A DNA stretch of 64,000 nt from an uncultured delta proteobacterium (GTDB lineage: Bacteria; Desulfobacterota; Binatia; Binatales; Binataceae): positions 448,001-512,000 of the forward strand of contig CAWCDG010000002.1 of NCBI GenBank assembly GCA_963794325.1, in the 5' to 3' direction. Each line of letters opens with the position of its first letter. Positions within the stretch are counted from its first letter, which is position 1. The notes under the pieces are model-generated. The model saw nothing but the letters and a program-made list of their open reading frames with translations, made no database searches and had not been told where the DNA came from. Shown in pieces: positions 52,324 to 61,493 of this stretch. A program made the position numbers and the translations under genes.

Positions 52324-53244
52324 CTACCGAGTGAAATAATCTCTGAACTGCGGGAACGCGACCGTTAGACCGAAATTGATCGTTGTCTGCGGCGCGATCG
52401 GAGCGAATTGCCGATACGCCATCCACGATCCCGTCACAAAGATACTCATCGGTGGCAGCCCCGGACGCACAATCGTTCGTCCGAGCCCGATGCTCAGCGG
52501 CAAAGTCGTGGGGTAGTGACGACGCCAACCCATCATCCAGGTAGACTCGGCGGATCGCAGGTACCATTTGTCCCACAGATGGAGCGCGAAAACGGGTTGG
52601 AATTCAAAAGTGTTTTGAGGCGGGCGGTGAGGATTCGTGTACGCGAAGGAGATCGGGTTCTGCGCGACGAAACCGATCAGCAATCCAGGAATACCAGTGT
52701 AAATTGCGCCGAGTGCCGGACCTGCCTGCCACGCGCCCTCTCCAGCGCTCTTGGAAGTTGCGGTGGGAAATACGAAGGTTGGCCCGACACCGATCAGAAG
52801 GCCGGTTTTCTGCCTGTCTGGCCACGGCAAAACTGCTACATCGAAGACTGGCAGGTCGCCGAACTCGGTCCGTGTTCCACCCCGCGAGCTTTGTACTGTT
52901 ACCATTTGAAAGGTCGGCCGGATCAGCTGCGAAAAAGGCAGCAAGGACGCAGGAGGTATGCGCGGGATCAAGGGCCGAAGGAGGAGTTGGTTGGTCTGGT
53001 AATCTCTGAGGCATACCTGGGACGTGCAAGGTCCAGGTCCATAGTTGGCCGGAGTATAGCTATCGCGGACGAGGAGCTGTGGCAGAGTCGAAAGCGGGTC
53101 GGTAAAGTCCCGTTCCAGTTTCTCCTCCTCAGTTAGGGGTTGAGTCTGGGCGTACCCCGCAATGGGCAGCGTCACAGCCCATAGTGCTACGAGCAGGATC
53201 GAGCACCATCCGGCAGTCCAAACTGTGAACCTAGGATTCAACAA
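52324..53244 (-). CDS. putative outer-membrane beta-barrel protein (paralogue of 49761..50603)
   Basis: Signal peptide, GVGPTFVFPTATS...G.GAWQAGP; start uncertain. Confidence 0.65.
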   Translation of the reverse strand: MLNPRFTVWTAGWCSILLVALWAVTLPIAGYAQTQPLTEEEKLERDFTDPLSTLPQLLVRDSYTPANYGPGPCTSQVCLRDYQTNQLLLRPLIPRIPPASLLPFSQLIRPTFQMVTVQSSRGGTRTEFGDLPVFDVAVLPWPDRQKTGLLIGVGPTFVFPTATSKSAGEGAWQAGPALGAIYTGIPGLLIGFVAQNPISFAYTNPHRPPQNTFEFQPVFALHLWDKWYLRSAESTWMMGWRRHYPTTLPLSIGLGRTIVRPGLPPMSIFVTGSWMAYRQFAPIAPQTTINFGLTVAFPQFRDYFTR

Positions 53245-54694
53245 TCGCCTTAACCCGTTCCTCTCGGACCGCCCTGACGAACGCCCGGTAATCGCGCTGA
53301 TTCTGGTCGGCATACTCGGCTGCAAACTCTCCAATCGCGTCATCGAACCTGTCGCTTGAACCCATGTAACCCGAAATCATGGCGGCATCGCCAGAGCGGG
53401 CATGCGCACGCGCGAGAGCCCACGCACACAATTTCGTGTATGTCCGTAACAGGTCGAAATCCCAGTCTTCGATGATTGCGCTGATCTTCATGTCGCGAAG
53501 TTGACGAAAGTAGAAATCGCGTCCGTTGAGTCCCCGCGCCCAGCCAAGAAAAATATCGCTCGCCGACTGCATCAGGCGCTGACCTACAACGACTCGCTGG
53601 CCGTGATTACGATGCAAGCTTTTGCCCGCGTACGGCTCCAACACCGATGCGTTTGCTTCCTTGGCTTGCAGAAAAAGCGGATCGTCGTCCGCTGCCAGGA
53701 AAAGTCCGATGCCGCAGAAGGTGCCGACGCTACCCACACCGACGGCCTTGATTGCCAGGTCACAAAAGTGGAAGCGGTCGAACAACACACGGACATGCTC
53801 GGCCAGCGACTCGCGGTAGGCCGCGAGCCCCTCGTGATATCGGGTTTTGAGTCCCGGCGCCAGTTTTGCTGTGGGGTGGTATATTAGAGGTGGGTTGTCC
53901 TTTATGCGGGGCAAGGCACCATGATGTTCCACCATCTTCGGGTAGTCGTGCTCAGTGATGGTTCGACTGCGCGTCTTTTCGACTCGCTCTTCGGCCCGTT
54001 CGCGTGCCTCTTCGCTCGGCATTTCCTTGATGACGCGTTCGATGTCGATCCGGTCGTACCAAACTTCAAGCGCCCGCATCGATGCATAGTCAGCGATGTG
54101 CTCCCGGTAGGCCTTGGCTGTGGCAATCGCAGCCCGCGCCGATTCGTTGTCGGACAGCCGGAGATGACGCCCCGCGACGACCACGCTCGCGGCCAAACGT
54201 TTGAGGTCCCATTCCCAAGGGGCGGGAAGAGTCTCGTCGAAGTCGTTGATGTCGAAGATTATGTTGCGCTCGGGCGTGGCGAAACCGCCGAAGTTCATCA
54301 GATGGGCGTCGCCGCAGGCCTGCACCCTGAGTCCGGAGCACGGCGTGCGTGCCAGGTCGGCGGCCATCTGCGCGGCGGAACCGCGAAAAAAAGCGAAGGG
54401 CGATGACACCATCCGTCCGTAACGGATCGGAAGAAGTTCAGGCAGCCTGTTCTCTTCGGTTGCGAGCAGCAGCTCAACCGGATCGCGACGATCTTTCGGC
54501 GGTTTCCATCCTGCGTGGGCCTCGCGCGGCACGTTCTCGCGCAATGCTTTGCCTTCGGCGCGACGCTCTGACGCGGTGCGATACTGATCTTCGGCGTGAG
54601 AGCGCGACGATATCGCGGTCGGCTTCTCTCCCGCACTAGATTTTCTGTCAGCGCGTCCTACGAGACGCACATTGGGTTTCCGTACTCCGTCCAT
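53231..54694 (-). CDS. DUF2252 domain protein (kinase-like fold)
   Basis: RYGRM..SPFAFFRGSA, CGDAHLMNFG, FDINDFDE, VGVGSVGT, RQLRDMK. Confidence 0.9.
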   Translation of the reverse strand: MDGVRKPNVRLVGRADRKSSAGEKPTAISSRSHAEDQYRTASERRAEGKALRENVPREAHAGWKPPKDRRDPVELLLATEENRLPELLPIRYGRMVSSPFAFFRGSAAQMAADLARTPCSGLRVQACGDAHLMNFGGFATPERNIIFDINDFDETLPAPWEWDLKRLAASVVVAGRHLRLSDNESARAAIATAKAYREHIADYASMRALEVWYDRIDIERVIKEMPSEEARERAEERVEKTRSRTITEHDYPKMVEHHGALPRIKDNPPLIYHPTAKLAPGLKTRYHEGLAAYRESLAEHVRVLFDRFHFCDLAIKAVGVGSVGTFCGIGLFLAADDDPLFLQAKEANASVLEPYAGKSLHRNHGQRVVVGQRLMQSASDIFLGWARGLNGRDFYFRQLRDMKISAIIEDWDFDLLRTYTKLCAWALARAHARSGDAAMISGYMGSSDRFDDAIGEFAAEYADQNQRDYRAFVRAVREERVKAIVES

Positions 54695-54951
54695 GACTCG
54701 ATCTCCTCCTGAGCGGTCACATAGCATCAAACATGCCCTGGAGAACCGGTTTCAGGGGATTCGGTTTTTTCCGGATTGTGTAACCTTTGGATACAGACCA
54801 CCGCGCTCAATCGGACACACTCTTCGATCAACGCTCGCGGTCTTTTCAAAGCAAATTTTGACTAATTTCGATCCGGGTCCGCCATTGTACTTTGGTACAG
54901 GTCGAGCGCCTTTACGGGAGTATTCTTCGTCGGGGCGGAGCGGCAAGTCTT

Positions 54952-56055
54952 TTACTGCGGGTGCTTTTCTCGCAGCATCATCGGGAGGGTTACTTTGAAG
55001 GTCATGCCGCCTTCCTTCGAGGCGGTGCCTTTTACCCGATCGACGCCGCCGCGTTGGGCCCATAGGCGACCGCCATGAAGAGCGATGATTCGTTGGCATA
55101 GGACGAGGCCGAGGCCGGTGCCGGCGGGCTTCGTCGTGAAGAATGGGGTGAACAATTGTGAGAGCTGATCCTCGGGGATGCCGACGCCGCTGTCGCTTAC
55201 CTCGACGCGCAGGAACTGGCGGCGACGACCTTCCGCGGTCATCCTGAATTCGCGCTCGATTCTTGTGTGCAGGCGGATCGTGCCCGACTCACCGATCGCC
55301 TCCGCCGCGTTCTTGATCAGATTCAGGAAGGTTCGTTCCAAGGCGCCGGCGTCACCGACCACGTCGGGCAGGCTGGGGTCAAAGTCCTGGAGAACCGAGA
55401 CACCCTCGGGCGGCTGCGGGAAAAGACCCGCCATGCGCATCGCCTGATGCAGCACCATGTGGATGTTGACCGGCTCCTGCACGAGGCGCTGCGGGCCGCT
55501 GACCATCAGGACCTGCTCGACCAGCGACGCAATGCGATTGACGCCGTCGAGAATCACGCTGCAATACTGCTGCGCGCGGGGGTCGTCGGGGAACATCCCG
55601 GCCATTAGCTCGGCGGCGCCCTTGATGCCGGTCAGCGGATTCTTGACCTCGTGGGCGAGGCCGGCTGGCGACAGCCGCAGGCTGAGGTCGCCAGTGACGG
55701 CAGCTTCGGCGGCTCCTTTCTCGTGCGCCAGGTCGTGAAGCAGGATGATGACGCCGCCGGGGCGTCCCTCGGCGTTCAGCAGAGGCGAGACCTCGACGCG
55801 AACTGCCAGCTCGCGCGGGCCGGTCGCCAAGACCGTCTCCATGTCGCCAAGGTCCTGACCGCTCTCGAGGCATGTGCCGACCATCCGGCCGAGCCAATCG
55901 TTCTGACGGACGAGGTCGGCCACCGTCGCGGCATTCACGGGAGAAACCCCGAGCATCGTCTCAGCCGCGGGATTGACCACCTGAGGCTCCATCGCGGGCG
56001 AAAGTACTAGGATGCCGTCGGTTAGGCTGTCGATAATGTCGTGCCAGAGATTCAA
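54952..56055 (-). CDS. ntrB: PAS-domain histidine kinase, NtrB-like
   Basis: GLAHEVKNPLTGIKGAAEL H-box, DFDPSLP, NLIKNAAEA, DSGVGIP, LFTPFFTTK, GTGLGL. Confidence 0.88.
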   Translation of the reverse strand: MNLWHDIIDSLTDGILVLSPAMEPQVVNPAAETMLGVSPVNAATVADLVRQNDWLGRMVGTCLESGQDLGDMETVLATGPRELAVRVEVSPLLNAEGRPGGVIILLHDLAHEKGAAEAAVTGDLSLRLSPAGLAHEVKNPLTGIKGAAELMAGMFPDDPRAQQYCSVILDGVNRIASLVEQVLMVSGPQRLVQEPVNIHMVLHQAMRMAGLFPQPPEGVSVLQDFDPSLPDVVGDAGALERTFLNLIKNAAEAIGESGTIRLHTRIEREFRMTAEGRRRQFLRVEVSDSGVGIPEDQLSQLFTPFFTTKPAGTGLGLVLCQRIIALHGGRLWAQRGGVDRVKGTASKEGGMTFKVTLPMMLREKHPQ

Positions 56056-56302
56056 TGTTTGTTCGCCGGTCAGGCGCGTTGCGATCGGTACGATTTACCA
56101 ACCGTAACACAAAGAATGAGGAACGGTTAAACGTAGCGGCCGCGAATATTGAGCCGTCCAACTCCAAGATTTGTGAGTATTTGCAAGCACTAACTAAGAA
56201 TGTGATTTTTTAACATTAGACTTTTTAATGGGTTATCCACCCCAAATTGGTTGATCCCGGTCGCCTCGGTCGGTACGGTTGAAAACAGTTTCTCGGGGGA
56301 GA

Positions 56303-57286
56303 ATGCATACGACCAAGCTTATCTATCGAGTGCTCATTTCGCTGCTGGCGGTCCTAATTGTCGCCGGATGGGCGTCCACTCGAGCATTTGCCGAAGATTT
56401 TGAAGAGCCCGGGACTCCGTCGGGCCCATCGTCGGCCAGCCTGAGCGGGCCAACAGCTGGATTTGATTTGGAGACGCCTGCGGAAGCCGGCGCCCAACCA
56501 ATCTCGACATCGTATGTGCTGCCCCTTCCTCAACCGGTTCCCCCGTTCCCAATTCTGCTTAATCGGTCAGTTCGTCACTACGTTTCTGATTTCATGAATT
56601 CTCCGTATCATCTGCAAGATACGTTCGACCGGAGCCATCCATACTTGCAGGATATGGTACGCGTCCTTCGAAGTTACGGGCTGCCCGACGACCTGGTTTA
56701 CCTGGCTTTCGCCGAAAGCGAATTTTCGAAGATCGGTCAGGGGCCTTGGCAGTTCACCAGCGAAACGGCCAAGCGTTTCGGGCTGCGAATCGACAACTAT
56801 GTTGATGAGCGGCGCGACCCCGTGCTCTCCACCAAGGCGGCCGCCGAATATCTGGCGACGCTGCATGACGAAGCCGGCGATGACTGGCCCGTTACGCTGA
56901 TCGCATGGAACACCGGCGATAGTGCAATCAATCGTTACTGGTCGCTGCGTGGCCGCAACATGGAACATTTTGGCAGCCGGCTGCCGCGACGAACCCGTGG
57001 GTTGATGGGACGTTTCATGGCAGTCGCGTACATCGCGCATCACGCGAACAGCTACGGAATCACGCCTGTCAAACTCGACGATCCGCCGGCATACCAGATG
57101 CTGCCGGTCACTGGCGGCACTCCGCTCAGCCGAGTGGCGCTCGATCACGGGACGACGCTCCAGCATCTGCGCGAGTTGAACCCGGCACTGCTGCGCGACG
57201 TCGTCCCCCCGGATCAGGCTTCGTACAGCGTCCGCATTCCTTTGTCGTCGGATATCCACGCCAGCAGAGAGCGCGTCGTCTTTTAG
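56303..57286 (+). CDS. lytic transglycosylase with LysM-like domain (MltD-like)
   Basis: LPDDLVYLAFAES, WQF, VDERRDP..ST.AAA.YL..L, LRELNPAL. Confidence 0.85.
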   Translation: MHTTKLIYRVLISLLAVLIVAGWASTRAFAEDFEEPGTPSGPSSASLSGPTAGFDLETPAEAGAQPISTSYVLPLPQPVPPFPILLNRSVRHYVSDFMNSPYHLQDTFDRSHPYLQDMVRVLRSYGLPDDLVYLAFAESEFSKIGQGPWQFTSETAKRFGLRIDNYVDERRDPVLSTKAAAEYLATLHDEAGDDWPVTLIAWNTGDSAINRYWSLRGRNMEHFGSRLPRRTRGLMGRFMAVAYIAHHANSYGITPVKLDDPPAYQMLPVTGGTPLSRVALDHGTTLQHLRELNPALLRDVVPPDQASYSVRIPLSSDIHASRERVVF

Positions 57287-57446
57287 GGCTCTTTTCAGTC
57301 TCCTTTAGCTACCCTGCCCGGATCGGCAATGGCCGGTCATACCTGCACGGTAGCAGTCACCACGAAGCACGCCACGGCGAGGCCACTGACGAGTGACGAC
57401 GTCACAGGTTCAATCGCGACCGGAAGCCGCGTATCATCGTGTCCGC

Positions 57447-58706
57447 ATGATTAGCGCGGACCAGGCACTGCAAATCGTTCTCGAAAATGTGGCGCCGCTC
57501 GGCGTCGAGCGGATTGCGATTCTCGAAGCGCTCGGGCGGGTGATCGCCGAGAATATCAATTCGTCACGCAATATCCCGGGCTTCGACAACTCCGCGATGG
57601 ACGGTTACGCGGTGCGCGCCGCCGACGTCGCCAAGGCGTCGGAGGGGAATCCGGTCAAGCTTGCGGTCGTCGAGACGGTGGGCGCAGGCCAGATGCCGAC
57701 AGGTCGCATCGCGGCGGGCCAGACGATTCGCACGATGACCGGCGCGCCAATCGCGGAAGGCGCAGACGCGATCATTCCGGTAGAGCGGACCCGCGGTATT
57801 GGCGATCAGGTTGAGTTTCTCGCCGCCGCGGAGAAGGGCGCGTTCATCCGGCCGCGCGGCGAGGATTTGCGGCTTGGCGAACCCGTCATCTCGGCGGGCA
57901 AACTACTGACGCCGGCCGATCTTGGAATGATCGCGTCGGTGAATCGCGCGATGGTCGAAGTGATTCGCCGGCCGCGCGTCGCGATCGTTGCGACCGGCGA
58001 CGAGCTGGTGGACGTCGATCAGCCGCCGGTGGGCGCGCAAGTCGTCAATTCCAGTGCGTATGCGCTCTCCGCAGCGATTCGCGAGGCGGGCGCCGAAGCC
58101 GTGATTCTTAAGGTGGCGCGCGATGATGCGCGCGAGATTCGCGAGCGCCTCAGTGAGGCGATGACCTTCGACGCGGTGCTGTCGACCGGTGGCGTGTCGG
58201 TGGGCCAGTTCGATCACGTCAAGGGAGCTCTCGACGAACTCGGGATGCGCCAGTTGTTTCACGGCGTCGCGCAGAAGCCCGGGCGTCCGCTGAAATTCGG
58301 CACCGTCGGCTACCGTCCGATCTTCGGCTTGCCGGGGAATCCGGTTTCGACGCTGGTCTGCTTCTATCTGTACGCGCGGCCCGCGCTGCTGAAGATGAGT
58401 GGCAGGCGGCGCCTCGGTCTGCCGCGCGTTAATGCGCGATGCGCTGTCGATATCAAAACTTCGAAAGACCTGACCGAGTTCGTGCGGGTCAAACTCGAAA
58501 GTGATAGAGACGGCTACCAGGCCACTCCCACCGGCAGTCAGGGATCGGGGATTCTAAGCTCGCTCTCGCGTGCCGACGGCCTGTTGATCGGTCCGTCAAC
58601 CGAAACGATTTTGAAGGCTGGCGCTCAGGCTACCGTGCTGCTCTTGGGAGTGGACGGTGATGCGGCGGAGGATACGCTGTTCGAGGGTCGTACCCAGAGC
58701 CAGTGA
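57447..58706 (+). CDS. moeA: molybdopterin molybdenumtransferase
   Basis: FDNSAMDGYAV, MTGAPI, TGDEL, STGGVSVG, KPGRP, GLPGNPVS. Confidence 0.96.
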   Translation: MISADQALQIVLENVAPLGVERIAILEALGRVIAENINSSRNIPGFDNSAMDGYAVRAADVAKASEGNPVKLAVVETVGAGQMPTGRIAAGQTIRTMTGAPIAEGADAIIPVERTRGIGDQVEFLAAAEKGAFIRPRGEDLRLGEPVISAGKLLTPADLGMIASVNRAMVEVIRRPRVAIVATGDELVDVDQPPVGAQVVNSSAYALSAAIREAGAEAVILKVARDDAREIRERLSEAMTFDAVLSTGGVSVGQFDHVKGALDELGMRQLFHGVAQKPGRPLKFGTVGYRPIFGLPGNPVSTLVCFYLYARPALLKMSGRRRLGLPRVNARCAVDIKTSKDLTEFVRVKLESDRDGYQATPTGSQGSGILSSLSRADGLLIGPSTETILKAGAQATVLLLGVDGDAAEDTLFEGRTQSQ

Positions 58707-58906
58707 ATCACGATGGTTGCGACTGAGCCGAAGATCGCGGCGGCGATTATCACCGCAGACAGCCTGAGCTGAAGTTTCAGGATGTTAAACGGCAGCAGGT
58801 AGAACGTCACCATGTCGATCTGGAAGTTCGCGTAAATAATGTATGCCACCCATATGACCACTAGCGTGCCGATGATCACTTTCGGGTTCTTGGCAAATGC
58901 GGGCAT
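58625..58906 (-). CDS. small 2-TM protein (LapA/DUF1049-like)
   Basis: TM-N-x-V-F-TM pattern; AGGAGG RBS upstream of ATG 58906; 3' end overlaps moeA. Confidence 0.65.
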   Translation of the reverse strand: MPAFAKNPKVIIGTLVVIWVAYIIYANFQIDMVTFYLLPFNILKLQLRLSAVIIAAAIFGSVATIVIHWLWVRPSNSVSSAASPSTPKSSTVA

Positions 58907-58993
58907 CGCGGGCGATCCTCCTGAAGGGGCGATGAGCAAAAGCTTGGCTACTGAGATAGCGGTTGTCAACGCAGCCGGGCGCAGCGCAAACAC

Positions 58994-59054
58994 TAGTGGG
59001 GCGGGCCGCCGTGCCCGCCATCGACGCGCGGGCGTCCGCGCCCACGCCTACCGA
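58994..59054 (+). repeat. REP-like element, family C, 61 bp (left arm around ispF); degenerate inverted half at 59103-59127
   Basis: 60/61 identical to the reverse complement of 59781-59841. Confidence 0.9.
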
Positions 59055-59149
59055 GGAATGGCTCACCTATTATCGCTGGCTGTGGCCGCGACCGTGCTGA
59101 GAGGGCGGGCACCGCGGCCCGCCCCCCTGAGAGCGCGAGAGATGGAGCG

Positions 59150-59635
59150 ATGGCGATGCATTTTCGCATAGGCAACGGATTCGATTTCCATCCGCTCGAA
59201 GCGGGCCGCAGGCTGGTGCTGGGCGGCGTCGAAATCAAGCACGGGATGGGGCTTCGCGGGCATTCGGATGCCGACGTCGCGGCGCATGCGCTGGCCAACG
59301 CGATTCTCGGCGCGATCGGCGCAGGCGACCTTGGCCGGCATTTTTCCGACAACGATCCGAAATACAAAAACGCTGACTCGATCGTGCTACTAGCGGACGT
59401 ATGGAAACTCGCCAGCGGTCAAGGATGGCGCCTGGGCAACGTCGACCTGACAATCTTCGCCGAGGAACCCCGCCTGAAGCCGTACCTCGACGGAATGCGC
59501 GAGCGGCTCGCTGGTGCGCTCGGTGCAGATCAATCGCGCGTCAACGTGAAAGCCTCAAGCCCTGAAGGTCTGGGTGCACTGGGCCGCAGCGAAGGCATGG
59601 CAGCCGCGGCGATCGTGATGTTGGAAGCTGACTAG
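59150..59635 (+). CDS. ispF: 2-C-methyl-D-erythritol 2,4-cyclodiphosphate synthase
   Basis: RIGNGFDFH, LVLGGV, GHSDADV..HA, GDLGRHF, NVKA. Confidence 0.95.
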   Translation: MAMHFRIGNGFDFHPLEAGRRLVLGGVEIKHGMGLRGHSDADVAAHALANAILGAIGAGDLGRHFSDNDPKYKNADSIVLLADVWKLASGQGWRLGNVDLTIFAEEPRLKPYLDGMRERLAGALGADQSRVNVKASSPEGLGALGRSEGMAAAAIVMLEAD

Positions 59636-59780
59636 GAATCCGATGAAGGAGCGCTGCGCGGTCTCAGAAACCGGAACCGGCCTGCCACGACACGCTGCAT
59701 CGATCGCGCCGTTTACGGCGTCAGCAAGGAAATTGTCAATGCACCCGCGACGATGGGATCGTCCTGGGTTCAGTCACTCA

Positions 59781-59841
59781 TCGGTAAGCGTGGGCGCGGA
59801 CGCCCGCGCGTCGATGGCGGGCACGGCGGCCCGCCCCACTA
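59781..59841 (-). repeat. REP-like element, family C, 61 bp (right arm around ispF)
   Basis: Reverse complement of 58994-59054 with one mismatch. Confidence 0.9.
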
Positions 59842-60018
59842 TAAACGACGCCCGCGACTTAAACGCACATTAATCTGCTCTTTGGCGTGGCTATTTTGGG
59901 GTTCGCCTTGCTTGAAACAGGCATTGCAAAAATTGCCGATTTCTCTGTTCACAATGGCTTTGGGACTGGCGATCGCTAAGAGCGACCGATTTTCAAGGAG
60001 TTTTTTCGCACCGCGTCA

Positions 60019-60035
60019 TTGGCATCTTTGATGCT
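60019..60035 (+). promoter_or_regulatory. putative sigma-54 promoter TTGGCATCTTTGATGCT
   Basis: GG-N10-GC spacing with TGGCA and TGCT, about 30 bp upstream of ATG 60064. Confidence 0.55.
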
Positions 60036-60063
60036 CTACCTTCCGGGTAGAGGTGCTCTGACA

Positions 60064-60789
60064 ATGAAATTAAATCGAAGTCTAATGACGGGGTTGGTTG
60101 GGCTTGCGTTGATTGCGGTGCCGATAACCGCCGCGGCCAAGGATAATGACCGGGGCGCGAACGAATCGCATCAGGCGCAGGCGCAATCGCATTCAAATGA
60201 TTCGCATCCGGATGCGCATCATGCGGAACAGGCGAATCACAATAACGGCGGTGACCATCATGAGGCCCCCCAACAGCATCAGGCACGCGAGGGCGGCGGT
60301 GGCGGAGGCGGTCAGCATGAGGCGCGCGTCGAGAATCGGAATGCAGCGCCGGCGAATATGAATCGCGAGGCGTCTCGCGGTCATAATGAGGTCCGCGATA
60401 ACGGCCGCAATTACAGCGCGCCGGCAGTCGCGAATCGTGAGTCGCGCGACTATCGCACTGAAAGCGGCCATGACAATGGCGACCGCGATCGAAAGTACAA
60501 CGAGCATGACTGGGAGCGCGGCGACCATGCCTACAGCAACTATGGCCGGGATTACGATCACGATGATTACGATCATGATCGTCAATACGCCGAAGGTGGT
60601 TGGGTGATGCCGTACAGTTACTCGGGTGGCGCGTGCGGATGGGCACGGCATCTGCATAACGTGTATCGCCGGGACATGTACACGGGGCATCCGGCGGCTG
60701 CGTCCGACCTGATCCCGCAATTGCGTCGGGCGGAGCGGAGCTGTGGCGTGGGATTTTACGGGTATAACGACTACCGGTCGTGGTACTAG
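60064..60789 (+). CDS. secreted low-complexity His/Asp/Asn/Arg-rich hypothetical protein
   Basis: Signal peptide, disordered hydrophilic body, short Cys-bounded C-terminal domain; followed by a terminator. Confidence 0.8.
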   Translation: MKLNRSLMTGLVGLALIAVPITAAAKDNDRGANESHQAQAQSHSNDSHPDAHHAEQANHNNGGDHHEAPQQHQAREGGGGGGGQHEARVENRNAAPANMNREASRGHNEVRDNGRNYSAPAVANRESRDYRTESGHDNGDRDRKYNEHDWERGDHAYSNYGRDYDHDDYDHDRQYAEGGWVMPYSYSGGACGWARHLHNVYRRDMYTGHPAAASDLIPQLRRAERSCGVGFYGYNDYRSWY

Positions 60790-60814
60790 AGAGTTGTTCT
60801 GAGCAGTGAAGTGC

Positions 60815-60848
60815 GCGCGCCCTGCCTCGCGGCAGGGCGCGCTTTTTT
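60815..60848 (+). terminator. intrinsic terminator
   Basis: 12-bp stem GCGCGCCCTGCC-TCGC-GGCAGGGCGCGC followed by T6. Confidence 0.9.
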
Positions 60849-60866
60849 AATCGAGGTCTTTCGGAC

Positions 60867-61493
60867 CTAGTTTGGTCGCTTTAAGGTCGGTTCGCGAAGG
60901 TAAAGTTCATCGAGCAGTGCTTGAAAAAAGCCAAGTCCAGCCGCATCCGTCACAGCGGTGCTCACGACACGCTGGCCTGCTGGTTTCCCACTATCGATCC
61001 GGATGAGCCATGAGGCCTCGATCAGGCCCTGATTCAAAAGTGGAGCCCGACGAATCGCTATCTTGCGTAGGTTAGCCTCGAAGTGGTCAATCCACGTGCC
61101 GCCATCGGCCCCTTGACGTGGCCTGTTTTCTTTCTCGTCCATGATGACAACGTAGCCAATGACGATTTCGGGCGAAAGTTGCTGCACGTTCGCAACTTCG
61201 CCCATAAGATCATCAAGGCGATTTGGGACGACGCCAGATAGATTCTTTAATATCGACTTGAGGGAAACCAGGAGGCGAGGCTTACCTGCGAGAACAAATG
61301 CAAGATCCCAATCTTTTTGACGGCCAAGCCCGCGAATACCGACTTCGTCCGCCTTTCCGCCTCTCACACCGATAAGACCGGCACGTTCGAATGATTCAAT
61401 GCAGTACTGTGCTAGAAGATTGAGCCGCCCGGCGTCCTGTTTCTTGCGCTGGAGAAGATCATCAACGGCCTCGGATAGACTGACGGGCATCAA
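60867..61493 (-). CDS. putative type II restriction endonuclease (PD-(D/E)xK, XhoI/PaeR7I-like)
   Basis: KDWDL...LVSLKS...NRLDDLMGE; 4-nt overlap with the methyltransferase stop. Confidence 0.72.
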   Translation of the reverse strand: MMPVSLSEAVDDLLQRKKQDAGRLNLLAQYCIESFERAGLIGVRGGKADEVGIRGLGRQKDWDLAFVLAGKPRLLVSLKSILKNLSGVVPNRLDDLMGEVANVQQLSPEIVIGYVVIMDEKENRPRQGADGGTWIDHFEANLRKIAIRRAPLLNQGLIEASWLIRIDSGKPAGQRVVSTAVTDAAGLGFFQALLDELYLREPTLKRPN

